This document shows positions 11,946 to 21,380 of a stretch of 64,000 bases of DNA, one piece after another. The stretch is from an uncultured Clostridia bacterium (GTDB lineage: Bacteria > Bacillota > Clostridia > TANB77 > CAG-508), in assembly GCA_947599825.1 (NCBI GenBank), contig CANQFS010000001.1:20452-84451 (forward strand), given 5' to 3'. A program made the translations under genes and the position numbers. Within the stretch, counting starts at the first letter, position 1. Each line of letters opens with the position of its first letter. The notes under the pieces are model-generated. The model worked only from the letters and a program-made list of their open reading frames with translations, did no database searches and was not told the DNA's origin.

Positions 11946-12085
11946 TTTTGTTTTTCTTCCTTTCTTGTAGCCATTTTGCTTAAGTTCTTTTTTAATATTT
12001 TTTAGTTTTTGTTTCTATAATTTTTGTAATTTTATTATTTTTAGCGTCTTAATCTTTTTTGCTCTTATGTTTATATTGTTTTAAT

Positions 12086-12149
12086 CTTTATTGTTTCTAC
12101 TATTTTATTGTTCTAACCTTTATTGTTTTTACTGTTTTATTGTTCTAAC
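12086..12149. repeat. 2 x 32-bp tandem duplication spanning the amaP stop
   Basis: ctttattgtttctactattttattgttctaac is followed by ctttattgtttttactgttttattgttctaac. Confidence 0.7.
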
Positions 12150-12697
12150 CCTTGTGGTTGTTGTGCATGTAATTCTTTTATGCTAATATTTACTTCTTTT
12201 ATTTCTAAGTCTGCTGTTTTCTTAATTGCGCTTTTTATTTTATTTTGAAGATTATTGGATAATTCTTTGATAACTGCATTTTCTTTTACACTTAGTAAAA
12301 CATAAACAACCAATTTATTTTCTTCATCTAATACAATTTTAGAGCTTACATCTTGTGCACTATCAAAGCCTCTTGCAACGTTGTTGACCAATTCTTCTAA
12401 TGTAGTTTTTGAAATAACTAATTTTCCATCTGAATTTTGTAATAGAATGCCATCTTTGATTCCAGATATTTCATCTTTATCTGTACTAAAGAAAATGCAA
12501 CGAATTGCAAGTATAATACATATAATGCTAATAGCTAAGGCTATATTTGTAGTTACTGAATCATTTAATGCTATTTTTGTTACTTCATATATGGTTTCTG
12601 GTGTTAGCCAGCCAAAAATAAGTAAACATAGTATGATAGAGATAATTAAAATAAAATTTGAAAAAATAACTAACCCTATTCTATCTAATAATTTCAT
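12137..12697 (-). CDS. amaP: Alkaline shock response membrane anchor protein AmaP-like
   Basis: 186 aa with an N-terminal TM pair, directly downstream of asp23. Confidence 0.7.
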   Translation of the reverse strand: MKLLDRIGLVIFSNFILIISIILCLLIFGWLTPETIYEVTKIALNDSVTTNIALAISIICIILAIRCIFFSTDKDEISGIKDGILLQNSDGKLVISKTTLEELVNNVARGFDSAQDVSSKIVLDEENKLVVYVLLSVKENAVIKELSNNLQNKIKSAIKKTADLEIKEVNISIKELHAQQPQGLEQ

Positions 12698-12760
12698 TGT
12701 TTTTTCCTCCCGTTATCTTTTGCAAAGGGTGCGTTCTATGTGTGCGCACCCTTTTTTGCT

Positions 12761-13192
12761 TTATTCTTCTGTTTTTACTTCTGTAATATCTTTTCCTTCT
12801 GTATTAACACCTTGAACATGTACATTTACTTCTACAACATTTAAACCTGTCATAGTTTCTACTGCTTTTTTTACTCTGTTTTGAATTTCAAATGCTACAT
12901 CTGGAATTCTAACACCATATTCTACAATAATGTTAACATCTATTTTTGTATCTTTTTCTCCTACTTCTACTTTAATTCCTTTTGCTAAGTTTTTCTTTCC
13001 GCTTAAAACTTCGGTAATTCCACCTGCAAATCCTCCTGCCATTTCTGCAACACCTGGTACTTCTGCTACAGCAACACCTGCAATTACAGCAACTACATCA
13101 TCTGCTATTTTAATTTCGTTTGTATCCGTAGATAATGCAATTTCTCCGTTTTCTACTACTTCTTCTTTTACTTCTTTGTTTTCTTCCATCAC
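12761..13192 (-). CDS. asp23: Asp23/Gls24 family envelope stress protein
   Basis: 143 aa with IKIADDVVAVIAGVAVAEVPGV and VNVHVQGV motifs. Confidence 0.9.
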   Translation of the reverse strand: MMEENKEVKEEVVENGEIALSTDTNEIKIADDVVAVIAGVAVAEVPGVAEMAGGFAGGITEVLSGKKNLAKGIKVEVGEKDTKIDVNIIVEYGVRIPDVAFEIQNRVKKAVETMTGLNVVEVNVHVQGVNTEGKDITEVKTEE

Positions 13193-13392
13193 AAAAACCT
13201 CCTTATATTTTTCTTTTTTGTGTACTTTTTTTGATATTATAAGTATACCAATATCTTTTTGTTTTTACAACACTTTTTTGTAATTTTTTCGTTAAATTTA
13301 TTTGCTGTTTTGTTATTGATTATTTTATGTTATTATGATATAATTTTAAACGTAACTTAAAATAGTTTCTTTTTTTACAAGGAGGATTGCAA

Positions 13393-13914
13393 ATGCAGGA
13401 ACGGACCTTGGAAAATTTAATATTGGAAGACGAGGATTATATCTTTGGTGGCAACCTTACCATTAACGGCAATATTAACATCAAAAACGGAAATTTGATT
13501 GTTTCCGGCACAATTACTTTTGCATGTGATGATGCTTCTATTTCCATTGAAGGCGGAGACATTGTTTGTGAAAATCTTGGAAGTAGGGCGGATATTTTCA
13601 TACGCGATGGCGACATTTGGGTTAAGTCTTTGGATGCACAAGACATTGACTCAGATGGAAATATCGAAGTATATGGAGATTCTTCTGTATGTAGTATCCA
13701 TGCTTTAAACTATTTGGTTGCGGGGGACAATGACTCTTCAAGTATCACTACCATACAAGACTTCTATGTGCTTGGTGATAATGATTCTTGTACTGTTAAG
13801 GCGCGTGATGTTTTAGTTGTTGGTGATTGCCATTTTACTTGTTGCAGTATTACTGCTAAAACATTCTATTACGGTGGCAAACTTTTCAATTGTACTTCTG
13901 AAAATATTGGATGA
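13393..13914 (+). CDS. Hypothetical Cys/Asp/Gly-rich beta-helix-like repeat protein, paralogue A
   Basis: ATG at 13393 lies 6 nt after aggagga. The N-terminal ~120 aa are near-identical to 15747..16412. No signal peptide and no family recognised. Confidence 0.6.
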   Translation: MQERTLENLILEDEDYIFGGNLTINGNINIKNGNLIVSGTITFACDDASISIEGGDIVCENLGSRADIFIRDGDIWVKSLDAQDIDSDGNIEVYGDSSVCSIHALNYLVAGDNDSSSITTIQDFYVLGDNDSCTVKARDVLVVGDCHFTCCSITAKTFYYGGKLFNCTSENIG

Positions 13915-13924
13915 AATGCAACAA

Positions 13925-13950
13925 CCCCACTATGTTATTACATAGTGGGG
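13925..13950 (+). terminator. Terminator hairpin after paralogue A
   Basis: ccccactatg ttatta catagtgggg followed by a T-rich run; duplicated at 16423-16448. Confidence 0.75.
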
Positions 13951-13990
13951 TGTTGTTGTTTCTATTTTTAGATTTTTTACATTTTTTCGT

Positions 13991-15633
13991 GGTGAGTTGT
14001 AAAAGTAACTTCCAAAAGAAAAAGTAAATTCCAAATGTAAGAGAAACGTCAACTTTTAGGCGTTTCTTTTTGAATAAATATTGATTTTTTTTGAAAAAAA
14101 GTGTAAAATTAACTTACAGAAACGAGAAATTGAGCATGACAAACAAGCAAAAAGAAATAAATTTATTTTTTATGTAAGATTAACTTCCGTTTGCTTAAAG
14201 GTCTTATTCAGTTATAGATGTTTCTAAGGTTGTTCGATTTTTTATCGAATAAAGTTAAATGTTTATTTTATGTTTAAAAGATATGGTTGTAACGTAACCA
14301 TATCTTTTTCTATCCTTTGTATATTAAGCTTCTTTAGTATTTCACTACCATACAAAAATTCAAATGCTTCATATGGTGTTTTTCCATTTAAAGATTTTCG
14401 TGGTGCAGAATTAATATGTGAAAACATTAAATCTAAATCTTGTTGTGTAAGCTTTTTCAAAGATTTACCATTAGGCAAAATATCTCTAACATAATTATGA
14501 TTGTTTTCTACATGAGGCTTTTGACTTGGAGTTTGTGGGTCACAATAAAATATGTTAGTTCGTATTTCGCCAGTTTCCGTATTTACTTCAAATAGTTGAT
14601 ATTTTTCAAATTCCGTTCCTCTGTCAGTTAAAAGAAGTGAAAACAGTTTGTAATAATCATCTTTTAAAATTTCTTGTAATTTATCAAGTGTACTTGCCAT
14701 TGATTCTGATGTTTTTTCTGTATGTATAAATCCTATCATTAATCCTGTATTCTGAAAGATAAATGTTTGAATATATGGACCATCTTGATGGTTGTATACA
14801 GTATCCATTTGAGTAGTTGATATGGTTGGATTATCTTGAATAAATTTTAGATAATCTGTATATCTTCTTCCTTCATAATTTACAGGTTCTTTACGTTTCT
14901 TTAATTTTTTTCTTTTTCTCATTGAAACCTGTCTACGTAAAGAAAAATTATTAATGCCATAATCTTGAAAAATACCACTTTCAATATACATATACAATGT
15001 TTTAGAACACATATTAAGTTCTGGATGATTTTTTAATATTTGATAGACAGATTGACCTTTATTTAAAAGAGGTTTAATGATATCTACAATCTCTAACATT
15101 TCTTTAGTATTTAAATTAACTCCTTCTCTAGAATCTTTTAGGGTATATGTATAGTCATTATGAGCTTGTCTAGCACGATAAAAATATTTATCTAATCTAC
15201 ATTTAGAAATATCAGGACAAAGATTACAAACACCGACTTTTCTATCTCTTCTAGCACATTTTATTTCTTCATATTCAGAACATTTACCATGACATATACC
15301 ACATTGTTTAAATTTAGTACAAGTAATAGGATTATTAAAGGGATTTCTAGGATTTAATTTTCTTCTGTTTTTTATTTCTTTTGCAACAGTTGAAATATCC
15401 TTATTAATATTTTTGGCTATTTCAGTTCTAGACAAACCTTTTTCAAGTCCTTCTTGAATAGCTTGTCTATCTTCTAGAGTTAAATGTGAATTTTTCATAA
15501 TTACCTCCATCTAACCTTAGAAACATCTAAGTTCTATTATATCATTTAGAACTTAATCTTACAAATTTTACTTTGTGTAAATTTTACTTCTAATTTTATA
15601 TATTACTTTTGGAATTTACTTTTAAAATTTACG
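13991..15633 (-). mobile_element. IS30-family insertion sequence
   Basis: Flanked by the 13-bp direct repeat tacattttttcgt (13978-13990 and 15634-15646). Imperfect terminal IRs contain taaaagtaa(c/a)ttccaaaag. It holds an IS30-type DDE transposase ORF and subterminal gtaa..acttcc repeats. Confidence 0.85.
14263..15498 (-). CDS. IS30-family transposase
   Basis: N-terminal HTH (LTLEDRQAIQEGLEKGLSRTEIAKNINKDISTVAKEIKNRR) and a C-terminal DDE region (LTDRGTEF ... HVENNHNYVRD). The start is moved to the ATG at 15498, preceded by ggagg. Confidence 0.9.
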   Translation of the reverse strand: MKNSHLTLEDRQAIQEGLEKGLSRTEIAKNINKDISTVAKEIKNRRKLNPRNPFNNPITCTKFKQCGICHGKCSEYEEIKCARRDRKVGVCNLCPDISKCRLDKYFYRARQAHNDYTYTLKDSREGVNLNTKEMLEIVDIIKPLLNKGQSVYQILKNHPELNMCSKTLYMYIESGIFQDYGINNFSLRRQVSMRKRKKLKKRKEPVNYEGRRYTDYLKFIQDNPTISTTQMDTVYNHQDGPYIQTFIFQNTGLMIGFIHTEKTSESMASTLDKLQEILKDDYYKLFSLLLTDRGTEFEKYQLFEVNTETGEIRTNIFYCDPQTPSQKPHVENNHNYVRDILPNGKSLKKLTQQDLDLMFSHINSAPRKSLNGKTPYEAFEFLYGSEILKKLNIQRIEKDMVTLQPYLLNIK

Positions 15634-15746
15634 TACATTTTTTCGTTAAATTTATTTGCGTTTTGTTATTGATTATTTTATGTTATTATGATATAATTTT
15701 AAACGTAACTTAAAATAGTTTGTTTTTTAAACAAGGAGGATTGCAA

Positions 15747-16412
15747 ATGCAGAAACGGACCTTGGAAAATTTAATATTGAAAGACGAAGATTATATCTTC
15801 GGTGGCGACCTTACCATTAACGGCGATGTCAAAATTAAAAACGGAAATCTGATTGTTTCCGGCACAATTACTTTTGCAAGTGATGATGCTTCTATTTCCA
15901 TTGAAGGTGGAGACATTGTTTGTGAAAATCTTGGAAGTAGGGCGGATATTCTCATACGTGATGGCGACATTTGTGTTAAGTCTTTGAGTGCGTACGACAT
16001 CGACTCAGATGGAAATGTTGAAGTAAATGGAGATTCCTCTGTATGTGATATCTATGCCTTAAACTATTTGGTTGTTGGGGACAATCGCTCTTATGATATT
16101 ACTACTATTCAGGATTTCTATGTGCTTGGCCGCAATAATTCTCATAATATTAAGGCACGTGATGTTTTGATTGGAAATAACAATTCGTCCGCTGAAATTC
16201 AAGCAGATAATATTTTTATTGAAGGAAATAATGATTCTCATGAAATCAAAGCACACAGTGTTTCCATTTTAGAAAATAATGATTCTTTACAAATCGAAGC
16301 AAATTATGTTCGTATTGATGGTAATCGTTGTGACCTTAACAACTATAGTATTATTGCTAAAAAGTTTGTTTTCGATGGAGAAATTATCAATGGGCACGTG
16401 TATGTTGCATAA
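15747..16412 (+). CDS. Hypothetical beta-helix-like repeat protein, paralogue B
   Basis: The upstream leader, RBS and first ~120 codons are the same as paralogue A; the C-terminus is divergent and longer. Confidence 0.6.
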   Translation: MQKRTLENLILKDEDYIFGGDLTINGDVKIKNGNLIVSGTITFASDDASISIEGGDIVCENLGSRADILIRDGDICVKSLSAYDIDSDGNVEVNGDSSVCDIYALNYLVVGDNRSYDITTIQDFYVLGRNNSHNIKARDVLIGNNNSSAEIQADNIFIEGNNDSHEIKAHSVSILENNDSLQIEANYVRIDGNRCDLNNYSIIAKKFVFDGEIINGHVYVA

Positions 16413-16422
16413 AATGCAACAA

Positions 16423-16448
16423 CCCCACTATGTTATTACATAGTGGGG
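16423..16448. terminator. Terminator hairpin shared by paralogue B and convergent fmt
   Basis: Same ccccactatg...catagtgggg stem as 13925-13950. Confidence 0.7.
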
Positions 16449-16456
16449 CTTTTGTT

Positions 16457-17443
16457 TTACTCTAATATTTCTCCTGCCATAATGTTATTTCCTCGCAAGA
16501 AGTCTTTTACTTGCATTCTTTTTGCATTTTCGCCTTGTATTTCTTCTACCTCAATAATTCCTTCTTTTGCTTTAATAAATAAGCCTTTCTTATCACTTGC
16601 AAATAAAATAACTCCTTCGGCTACATCTTGTAATTTATATAAATATTCTTCTAGTTCTGGAAATAGGGAAACTAGCTCTTGCTCTGTTTTTACTTTTACT
16701 TTCCATAGTTTTAATTTCTTTCCATTTAAGAAAGTATAGGCTCCCATAATAGGGTTTAAACCTCTTACTAAATTATGAATTTCTTCTGCTGTTTGTTCTT
16801 CCCAATTTATTTTCGCCATTTCTTTCTTTAACATTGGCGCTAAACTAAAATTTTCTCCTTGTTTTGTTCTTATAACGGTTCCTGCTTCTATTTGTTTTAA
16901 GGTCTCTACTAAAAGTTTTCCCCCCATTTTAGAAAGTCTATCCCAAAGCTCTCCTGTTGTTTCTTCCCTTCCTATTTCAGTTTCTTCTTTTAGAATAATA
17001 TCTCCTGTATCCATGCCAATATCCATATACATAGTAGTAACACCAGTTGTTTTATCACCATTTAGCACAGCCCATTGAATTGGCGCTGCCCCTCTATATT
17101 TTGGAAGAAGAGATGCATGTACATTAATACAGCCATATTTTGGAATATCTAAAATCTCTTTTGGTAAAATCTTTCCATAAGCAACTACACAAATAACATC
17201 TGGATTTAATTCTTTCACAGTTTGTAAAAATTCCATATTGTTTTTTACTTTTTCTGGTTGATAAATAGGAATGTTTCGTTCTATGGCATATTCTTTTACC
17301 GGAGAAAATACCATTTTCATTCCTCTTCCTTTTGGTTTATCTTGATTAGTTACAACTCCGATTACATCATAATTTGCTTCTATTAAACTTTTTAAAGACT
17401 CTTGTGCGAAGTCTGGCGTTCCCATAAACAAAACTCTAAGCAT
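16457..17443 (-). CDS. fmt: Methionyl-tRNA formyltransferase
   Basis: MLRVLFMGTPDFA start at 17443 with aaggag SD, plus the HASLLPKYRGAAPI motif. The 32 extra N-terminal residues in the track ORF are read-through of the repeat element. Confidence 0.93.
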   Translation of the reverse strand: MLRVLFMGTPDFAQESLKSLIEANYDVIGVVTNQDKPKGRGMKMVFSPVKEYAIERNIPIYQPEKVKNNMEFLQTVKELNPDVICVVAYGKILPKEILDIPKYGCINVHASLLPKYRGAAPIQWAVLNGDKTTGVTTMYMDIGMDTGDIILKEETEIGREETTGELWDRLSKMGGKLLVETLKQIEAGTVIRTKQGENFSLAPMLKKEMAKINWEEQTAEEIHNLVRGLNPIMGAYTFLNGKKLKLWKVKVKTEQELVSLFPELEEYLYKLQDVAEGVILFASDKKGLFIKAKEGIIEVEEIQGENAKRMQVKDFLRGNNIMAGEILE

Positions 17444-17537
17444 ATTACACTCCTTTTTTATTAAACCCTGTCCCAAATTGTCCCATTTGTACCAATTTGG
17501 GACTGTTCCCAATTGTCCCAAATTGTCCCTAATTGTC
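17444..17537. repeat. GGGACAAT-variant repeat block filling the def-fmt spacer
   Basis: The coding-strand reading is gacaattagggacaatttgggacaattgggaacagtcccaaattggtacaaatgggacaatttgggacaggg. This holds several GGGACAAT(T)T units plus an internal inverted pair, and overlaps the def stop. Confidence 0.75.
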
Positions 17538-18008
17538 ATTTGGCTCTACATATTCTAACGTTCCTGGTATCATTTTTTCTACAAAAGTAATACCATTTAG
17601 ATGGTCTATTTCATGACATAAAGCTTGTGCTAGTAAATCTTTAGCATCAATTTTTATTTTTTTACCATTTTCATCTAAAGCTTCTACTTTCACTTCTTTT
17701 GGTCTTATTATTTTGGCATATTTATTAGGAAAACTTAAGCAACCTTCTTCTACTTCTTGTTCTCCCTTTTCTTTTAAAATAACTGGATTAACTAACTTTA
17801 TTGGTCCTTTTTCATCATATAAATCTATAACAATTAGCCTTTTTAAAATACCTACTTGCACAGCAGCTAATCCTACTCCATTGTATTTATGCATAGTTTC
17901 TACCATATCTTCTAATAATTCTCTTATTTTATCATCTATGGTTTCTACTTCTCTTGACTTCTTTTTTAATATTTCGTCTCCTTCTTCTCTAATACTTCGA
18001 ATTGCCAC
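17529..18008 (-). CDS. def: Peptide deformylase
   Basis: 159 aa with EGCLSFP and HEIDHLNG metal-binding motifs. GTG start is preceded by agggggg. Confidence 0.95.
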   Translation of the reverse strand: MAIRSIREEGDEILKKKSREVETIDDKIRELLEDMVETMHKYNGVGLAAVQVGILKRLIVIDLYDEKGPIKLVNPVILKEKGEQEVEEGCLSFPNKYAKIIRPKEVKVEALDENGKKIKIDAKDLLAQALCHEIDHLNGITFVEKMIPGTLEYVEPNDN

Positions 18009-18045
18009 TTTTGTTTTTCCCCCCTTTTTTTCAATGTCTCATTAA

Positions 18046-18350
18046 GTACCATTAGGGACGTTTCCTTTTGGTACATCTGTCCCTAATGGATATTCGTTTT
18101 ATAATGATAATATAAAACTTTCAAAAATGCTCGTTCAAGTTGATTTATCGCAGAAATTCTAAATAAATTTTACGGCACCCTTCCATTTAAAATGAACTCT
18201 TTCCGTAAAATTTATTAAGAATTTCTAAGCTCAATCACTTTCAATACGCTTTTTTCAAATTTTATATTATCATTATAAATATTTATCAATGTACCAAAAG
18301 GGACAGATGTACCAAAAGAAAACGTCCCCAATGGTACCCCAAATGGTAAC
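18046..18350. repeat. 305-bp composite palindromic element: two inverted full GGGAC-box copies around an AT-rich core with nested inverted repeats
   Basis: The left copy is 18046-18089, gtaccattagggacgtttccttttggtacatctgtccctaatgg. The right copy is 18291-18350, inverted. Nested IRs are tataatgataatataaaa/ttttatattatcattata and agaaattctaaataaattttacgg/ccgtaaaatttattaagaatttct. Confidence 0.85.
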
Positions 18351-20591
18351 TTACATCATATTTGATGGATTTATTTCTATGGTTTGTGAAATGCTTTTTT
18401 TGCACTCGTTTTGCTCTATTGCTTGGTGCAATAGTGTGTTGATTTGTTCATTATAAATGCATTTTATAATCATACGCCAACGATATTTATTTTTTATTTT
18501 ATCTATTGGTGCTGGCACTGGGCTATATAATAGAATGCCTATTTTTTCTGTTATAATTCGATTTTTTAAATATTCATATACTTTTTTTGCTTGTTTTATT
18601 ACTTCTTGCTCTTTTTCTGAACTAAAACCAATTACTATTATATCGCAAAAAGGTGGATATTTCAACTGTTTTCTTATTGGTATTTCACTTTCATAGAATT
18701 CTTTATAGTCTTGCTGTTTTGCTTGCTCAATTGCTAAACTATCCGGGTTATATGTTTGTATTAATACTTTTCCTTGTAGTTTTTCTCTTCCTGCTCTTCC
18801 TGCTACTTGTGTTAGGATTTGGAAGGTTCTTTCATTTGCTCTAAAGTCTTCAATGTTTAAACTACTGTCTGCTGCAATTACCCCTACTAATGTTACTTTT
18901 GGAAAGTGATGTCCTTTTACAACCATTTGCGTTCCTATTAAAATGTCTATGTTTTCTTCTTTGAAGCGATTTAGTATTTCTTCATGCGAATTTTTTTTGC
19001 TTACTGTATCTACGTCCATACGAATTGTAGTTGCATTTGGAAATAGTTTTTGTACTTCTTGCTCTAGTTTTTGCGTACCAGTTCCAAAGTAACGAATGTT
19101 AGTACTTTTACATGCTGGGCATACTGTTACTTTTTTTTCTTCATAGCCACAATAATGGCATTTTAGTTTATCTTGTTTTAAGTGATAAGTCATTGTAATA
19201 TTGCAATTTTTGCATTTTACTGTATAGCCACAATCTCTACACATTACAAAGGTAGAATATCCTCTTCTGTTTAAAAATAAAATTGTTTGCTGTTTTTTTT
19301 CTAAATTTTCTTTTATGGCTTCTTGTAATTTTACACTTAGCATAGAGCGGTTTCCATTTTGCAGTTCTTCTCTTAGGTCAATTATTTCTACTGCTGGAAG
19401 ACTAGAGTTATTAGCTCTTTTCTTTAATTCTAATAGCTCTATTTCTCCTTTATTTGTCTTATAAAAAGTTCCTATTTCTGGGGTTGCACTTCCTAAAATA
19501 AGTGGACATAAATTTTCTTTGGCTAATATTTGTGCTACTTCTTTTGCATGATATTTTGGCGTCATTTCAGATTGGTAAGAAGAATCATGTTCTTCGTCTA
19601 TAATAATTACTCCTATGTTTTGAATTGGTGCAAATATTGCAGACCTAGCACCAATAACAATATTTATTTTGCCAGATGCTATTTTTTGCCATGCATCATA
19701 ACGCTCCCCAATAGATAATTTGCTATGTAAAACTGCTATTTTTTCTTTTCCAAATCTTGACATGAAACGTTCTACCATTTGAGGTGTTAGTGAAATTTCT
19801 GGTACAAGCATTATGCTTGTCTTGCCTTTACTTATTGCTTTTTCAATTGCTTGCATATAAATTTCTGTTTTTCCAGAGCCTGTCACTCCAAATAGCAAAA
19901 ATTGGCTATTTTTTTGCTTTTCTATTGCTTGTTCAATTTTTTCATAGGCTTTTTCTTGCTCATCATTTAATTTTAATTTTTCTGTTTTTTCTACTTCTTT
20001 ATAAAGAAACGGATTTCTTTCTACTTGCTTTTCTACTATTTCAATATAGCCATTTTTTTCTAAGGTTTTTATTATTGCTCTTGAGGTATCGGTAAATATT
20101 TCTAAGTCGCCAGTAGTAATTGCATCGTTTTCCATTAAGAAACGTAAAATACGTATTTGCTTTTCTGATTTTATTTTTTCATTTTCTATTTCCCACTCAA
20201 TTTCGTCTTCTTCTTTTTTCAAATATACAAAATTGTTGGTTTTCTCTTTAATTCTATTTTCTACTTTATTTGTTTTAGTTCCTGGCGGTAACATGAGTTT
20301 CATGCTATCTGATAAATTACAAAAATATCTTTTGGAAATCCATTTTGCTAGTTTGATTCTTTTTCCATTTAAGAATGGATTGTCCGACATACTTGCAATT
20401 TCTTTTGTTTCAAAAGTTGATGTTTCTTTTAAACCTACTACAAAACCTTCTTCTAAAACTTTTCTTCTTCCAAAAGGAACAAAAACACGATTACCTATTT
20501 TTATTTGTTTTTCCATGTCTTTTGGCACTTTATAGTCAAAGGTTCTATCTAAATCTTTTGCATTGGAATTTAAAATAATTTCTGCAATCAT
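18351..20591 (-). CDS. priA: Primosomal protein N' (replication restart helicase PriA)
   Basis: 746 aa with Walker A GVTGSGKT, DEEH box IIIDEEHD and a Cys-rich zinc-binding insert. Confidence 0.95.
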   Translation of the reverse strand: MIAEIILNSNAKDLDRTFDYKVPKDMEKQIKIGNRVFVPFGRRKVLEEGFVVGLKETSTFETKEIASMSDNPFLNGKRIKLAKWISKRYFCNLSDSMKLMLPPGTKTNKVENRIKEKTNNFVYLKKEEDEIEWEIENEKIKSEKQIRILRFLMENDAITTGDLEIFTDTSRAIIKTLEKNGYIEIVEKQVERNPFLYKEVEKTEKLKLNDEQEKAYEKIEQAIEKQKNSQFLLFGVTGSGKTEIYMQAIEKAISKGKTSIMLVPEISLTPQMVERFMSRFGKEKIAVLHSKLSIGERYDAWQKIASGKINIVIGARSAIFAPIQNIGVIIIDEEHDSSYQSEMTPKYHAKEVAQILAKENLCPLILGSATPEIGTFYKTNKGEIELLELKKRANNSSLPAVEIIDLREELQNGNRSMLSVKLQEAIKENLEKKQQTILFLNRRGYSTFVMCRDCGYTVKCKNCNITMTYHLKQDKLKCHYCGYEEKKVTVCPACKSTNIRYFGTGTQKLEQEVQKLFPNATTIRMDVDTVSKKNSHEEILNRFKEENIDILIGTQMVVKGHHFPKVTLVGVIAADSSLNIEDFRANERTFQILTQVAGRAGREKLQGKVLIQTYNPDSLAIEQAKQQDYKEFYESEIPIRKQLKYPPFCDIIVIGFSSEKEQEVIKQAKKVYEYLKNRIITEKIGILLYSPVPAPIDKIKNKYRWRMIIKCIYNEQINTLLHQAIEQNECKKSISQTIEINPSNMM

Positions 20592-20814
20592 GTTTTTCCT
20601 CCTTTCTATTTTTTAAGAAATACTTGACTTTTTATAGTTAGTTTTCCATAATTTTTACTCTTTTTTATATAATAATTTTTCAAATAACAATTATTATATA
20701 AATTTTATTTGCTATAGTATATCAAAAATTTTATTTGAAAACAATAAAAAATTAATAAGAAAAAATAGAAAATACCTAAAATCTTACTATCAGATTTTAG
20801 GTATTTTCTACGAG

Positions 20815-21195
20815 CTATTCATGCCAGTAAAGAACAAGGTTTTTCCCTTCTAAATCAAACCGCCTACGAATTCTAATTAGTTCATTTGTAGTAGTGATTT
20901 CCTGTTCTTCCCCGTCCTCTTTGTAGTACACCAGTTCCCCAGAATATATCATGTTATAAGCTTCATCAAAGTTCATACTTATTGACTTTTCTGAAACTTT
21001 ACTACTTTCCTGTTGGATTGAGTAAATGATACATTCTTGTGTTCCTTCCTTGCTTAAGTTATACAAATACTTAAGCCTTTCAGAAGTGCGGACCACCTCA
21101 TTGTCTTCACGTCTACTACTTAGCTGGCATTCTACTGCCTGTCCCCGAGCAAGCATATTTAACGCCTGCTCATAGCTTAGCTTTTTTTCCTTCAT
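20815..21195 (-). CDS. Hypothetical protein with two tandem ~60-aa domains
   Basis: The repeated signature is LSYEQALNMLARGQAV / MNFDEAYNMIYSGELV, which recalls small phage-associated DUF2829-type domains (from memory only). It is less AT-rich and has two in-frame CGG codons. The start is set at the second ATG after ggaggga. Confidence 0.45.
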   Translation of the reverse strand: MKEKKLSYEQALNMLARGQAVECQLSSRREDNEVVRTSERLKYLYNLSKEGTQECIIYSIQQESSKVSEKSISMNFDEAYNMIYSGELVYYKEDGEEQEITTTNELIRIRRRFDLEGKNLVLYWHE

Positions 21196-21266
21196 GTGCT
21201 TTCCCTCCATTCGGTTAGGAATTTTTTACGTTGCTACATTGTTATTATAACACTTTTTCCATTTTA

Positions 21267-21320
21267 TGTCAATTGTTGTTGTAAAAATTTTTTGTCAATT
21301 GATGTTTGCAAAATTTTTTT
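21267..21320. promoter_or_regulatory. Two tandem 27-bp imperfect direct repeats in a divergent promoter region
   Basis: tgtcaattgttgttgtaaaaatttttt is followed by tgtcaattgatgtttgcaaaattttttt, between divergent ORFs 20815.. and 21381..; a possible operator. Confidence 0.4.
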
Positions 21321-21380
21321 GACTTTTATGTTAATATATGTTATAATTTATTTATACTAAAATTTTAGGAGGTAGACTCT

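Noticed and set aside
17444-17539. A 32-residue N-terminal extension of fmt in track ORF 16457..17539 (MTIRDNLGQLGTVPNWYKWDNLGQG...).
   Set aside because: It is a translation of the repeat block. The canonical MLRVLFMGTPDFA start at 17443 has a good aaggag SD.
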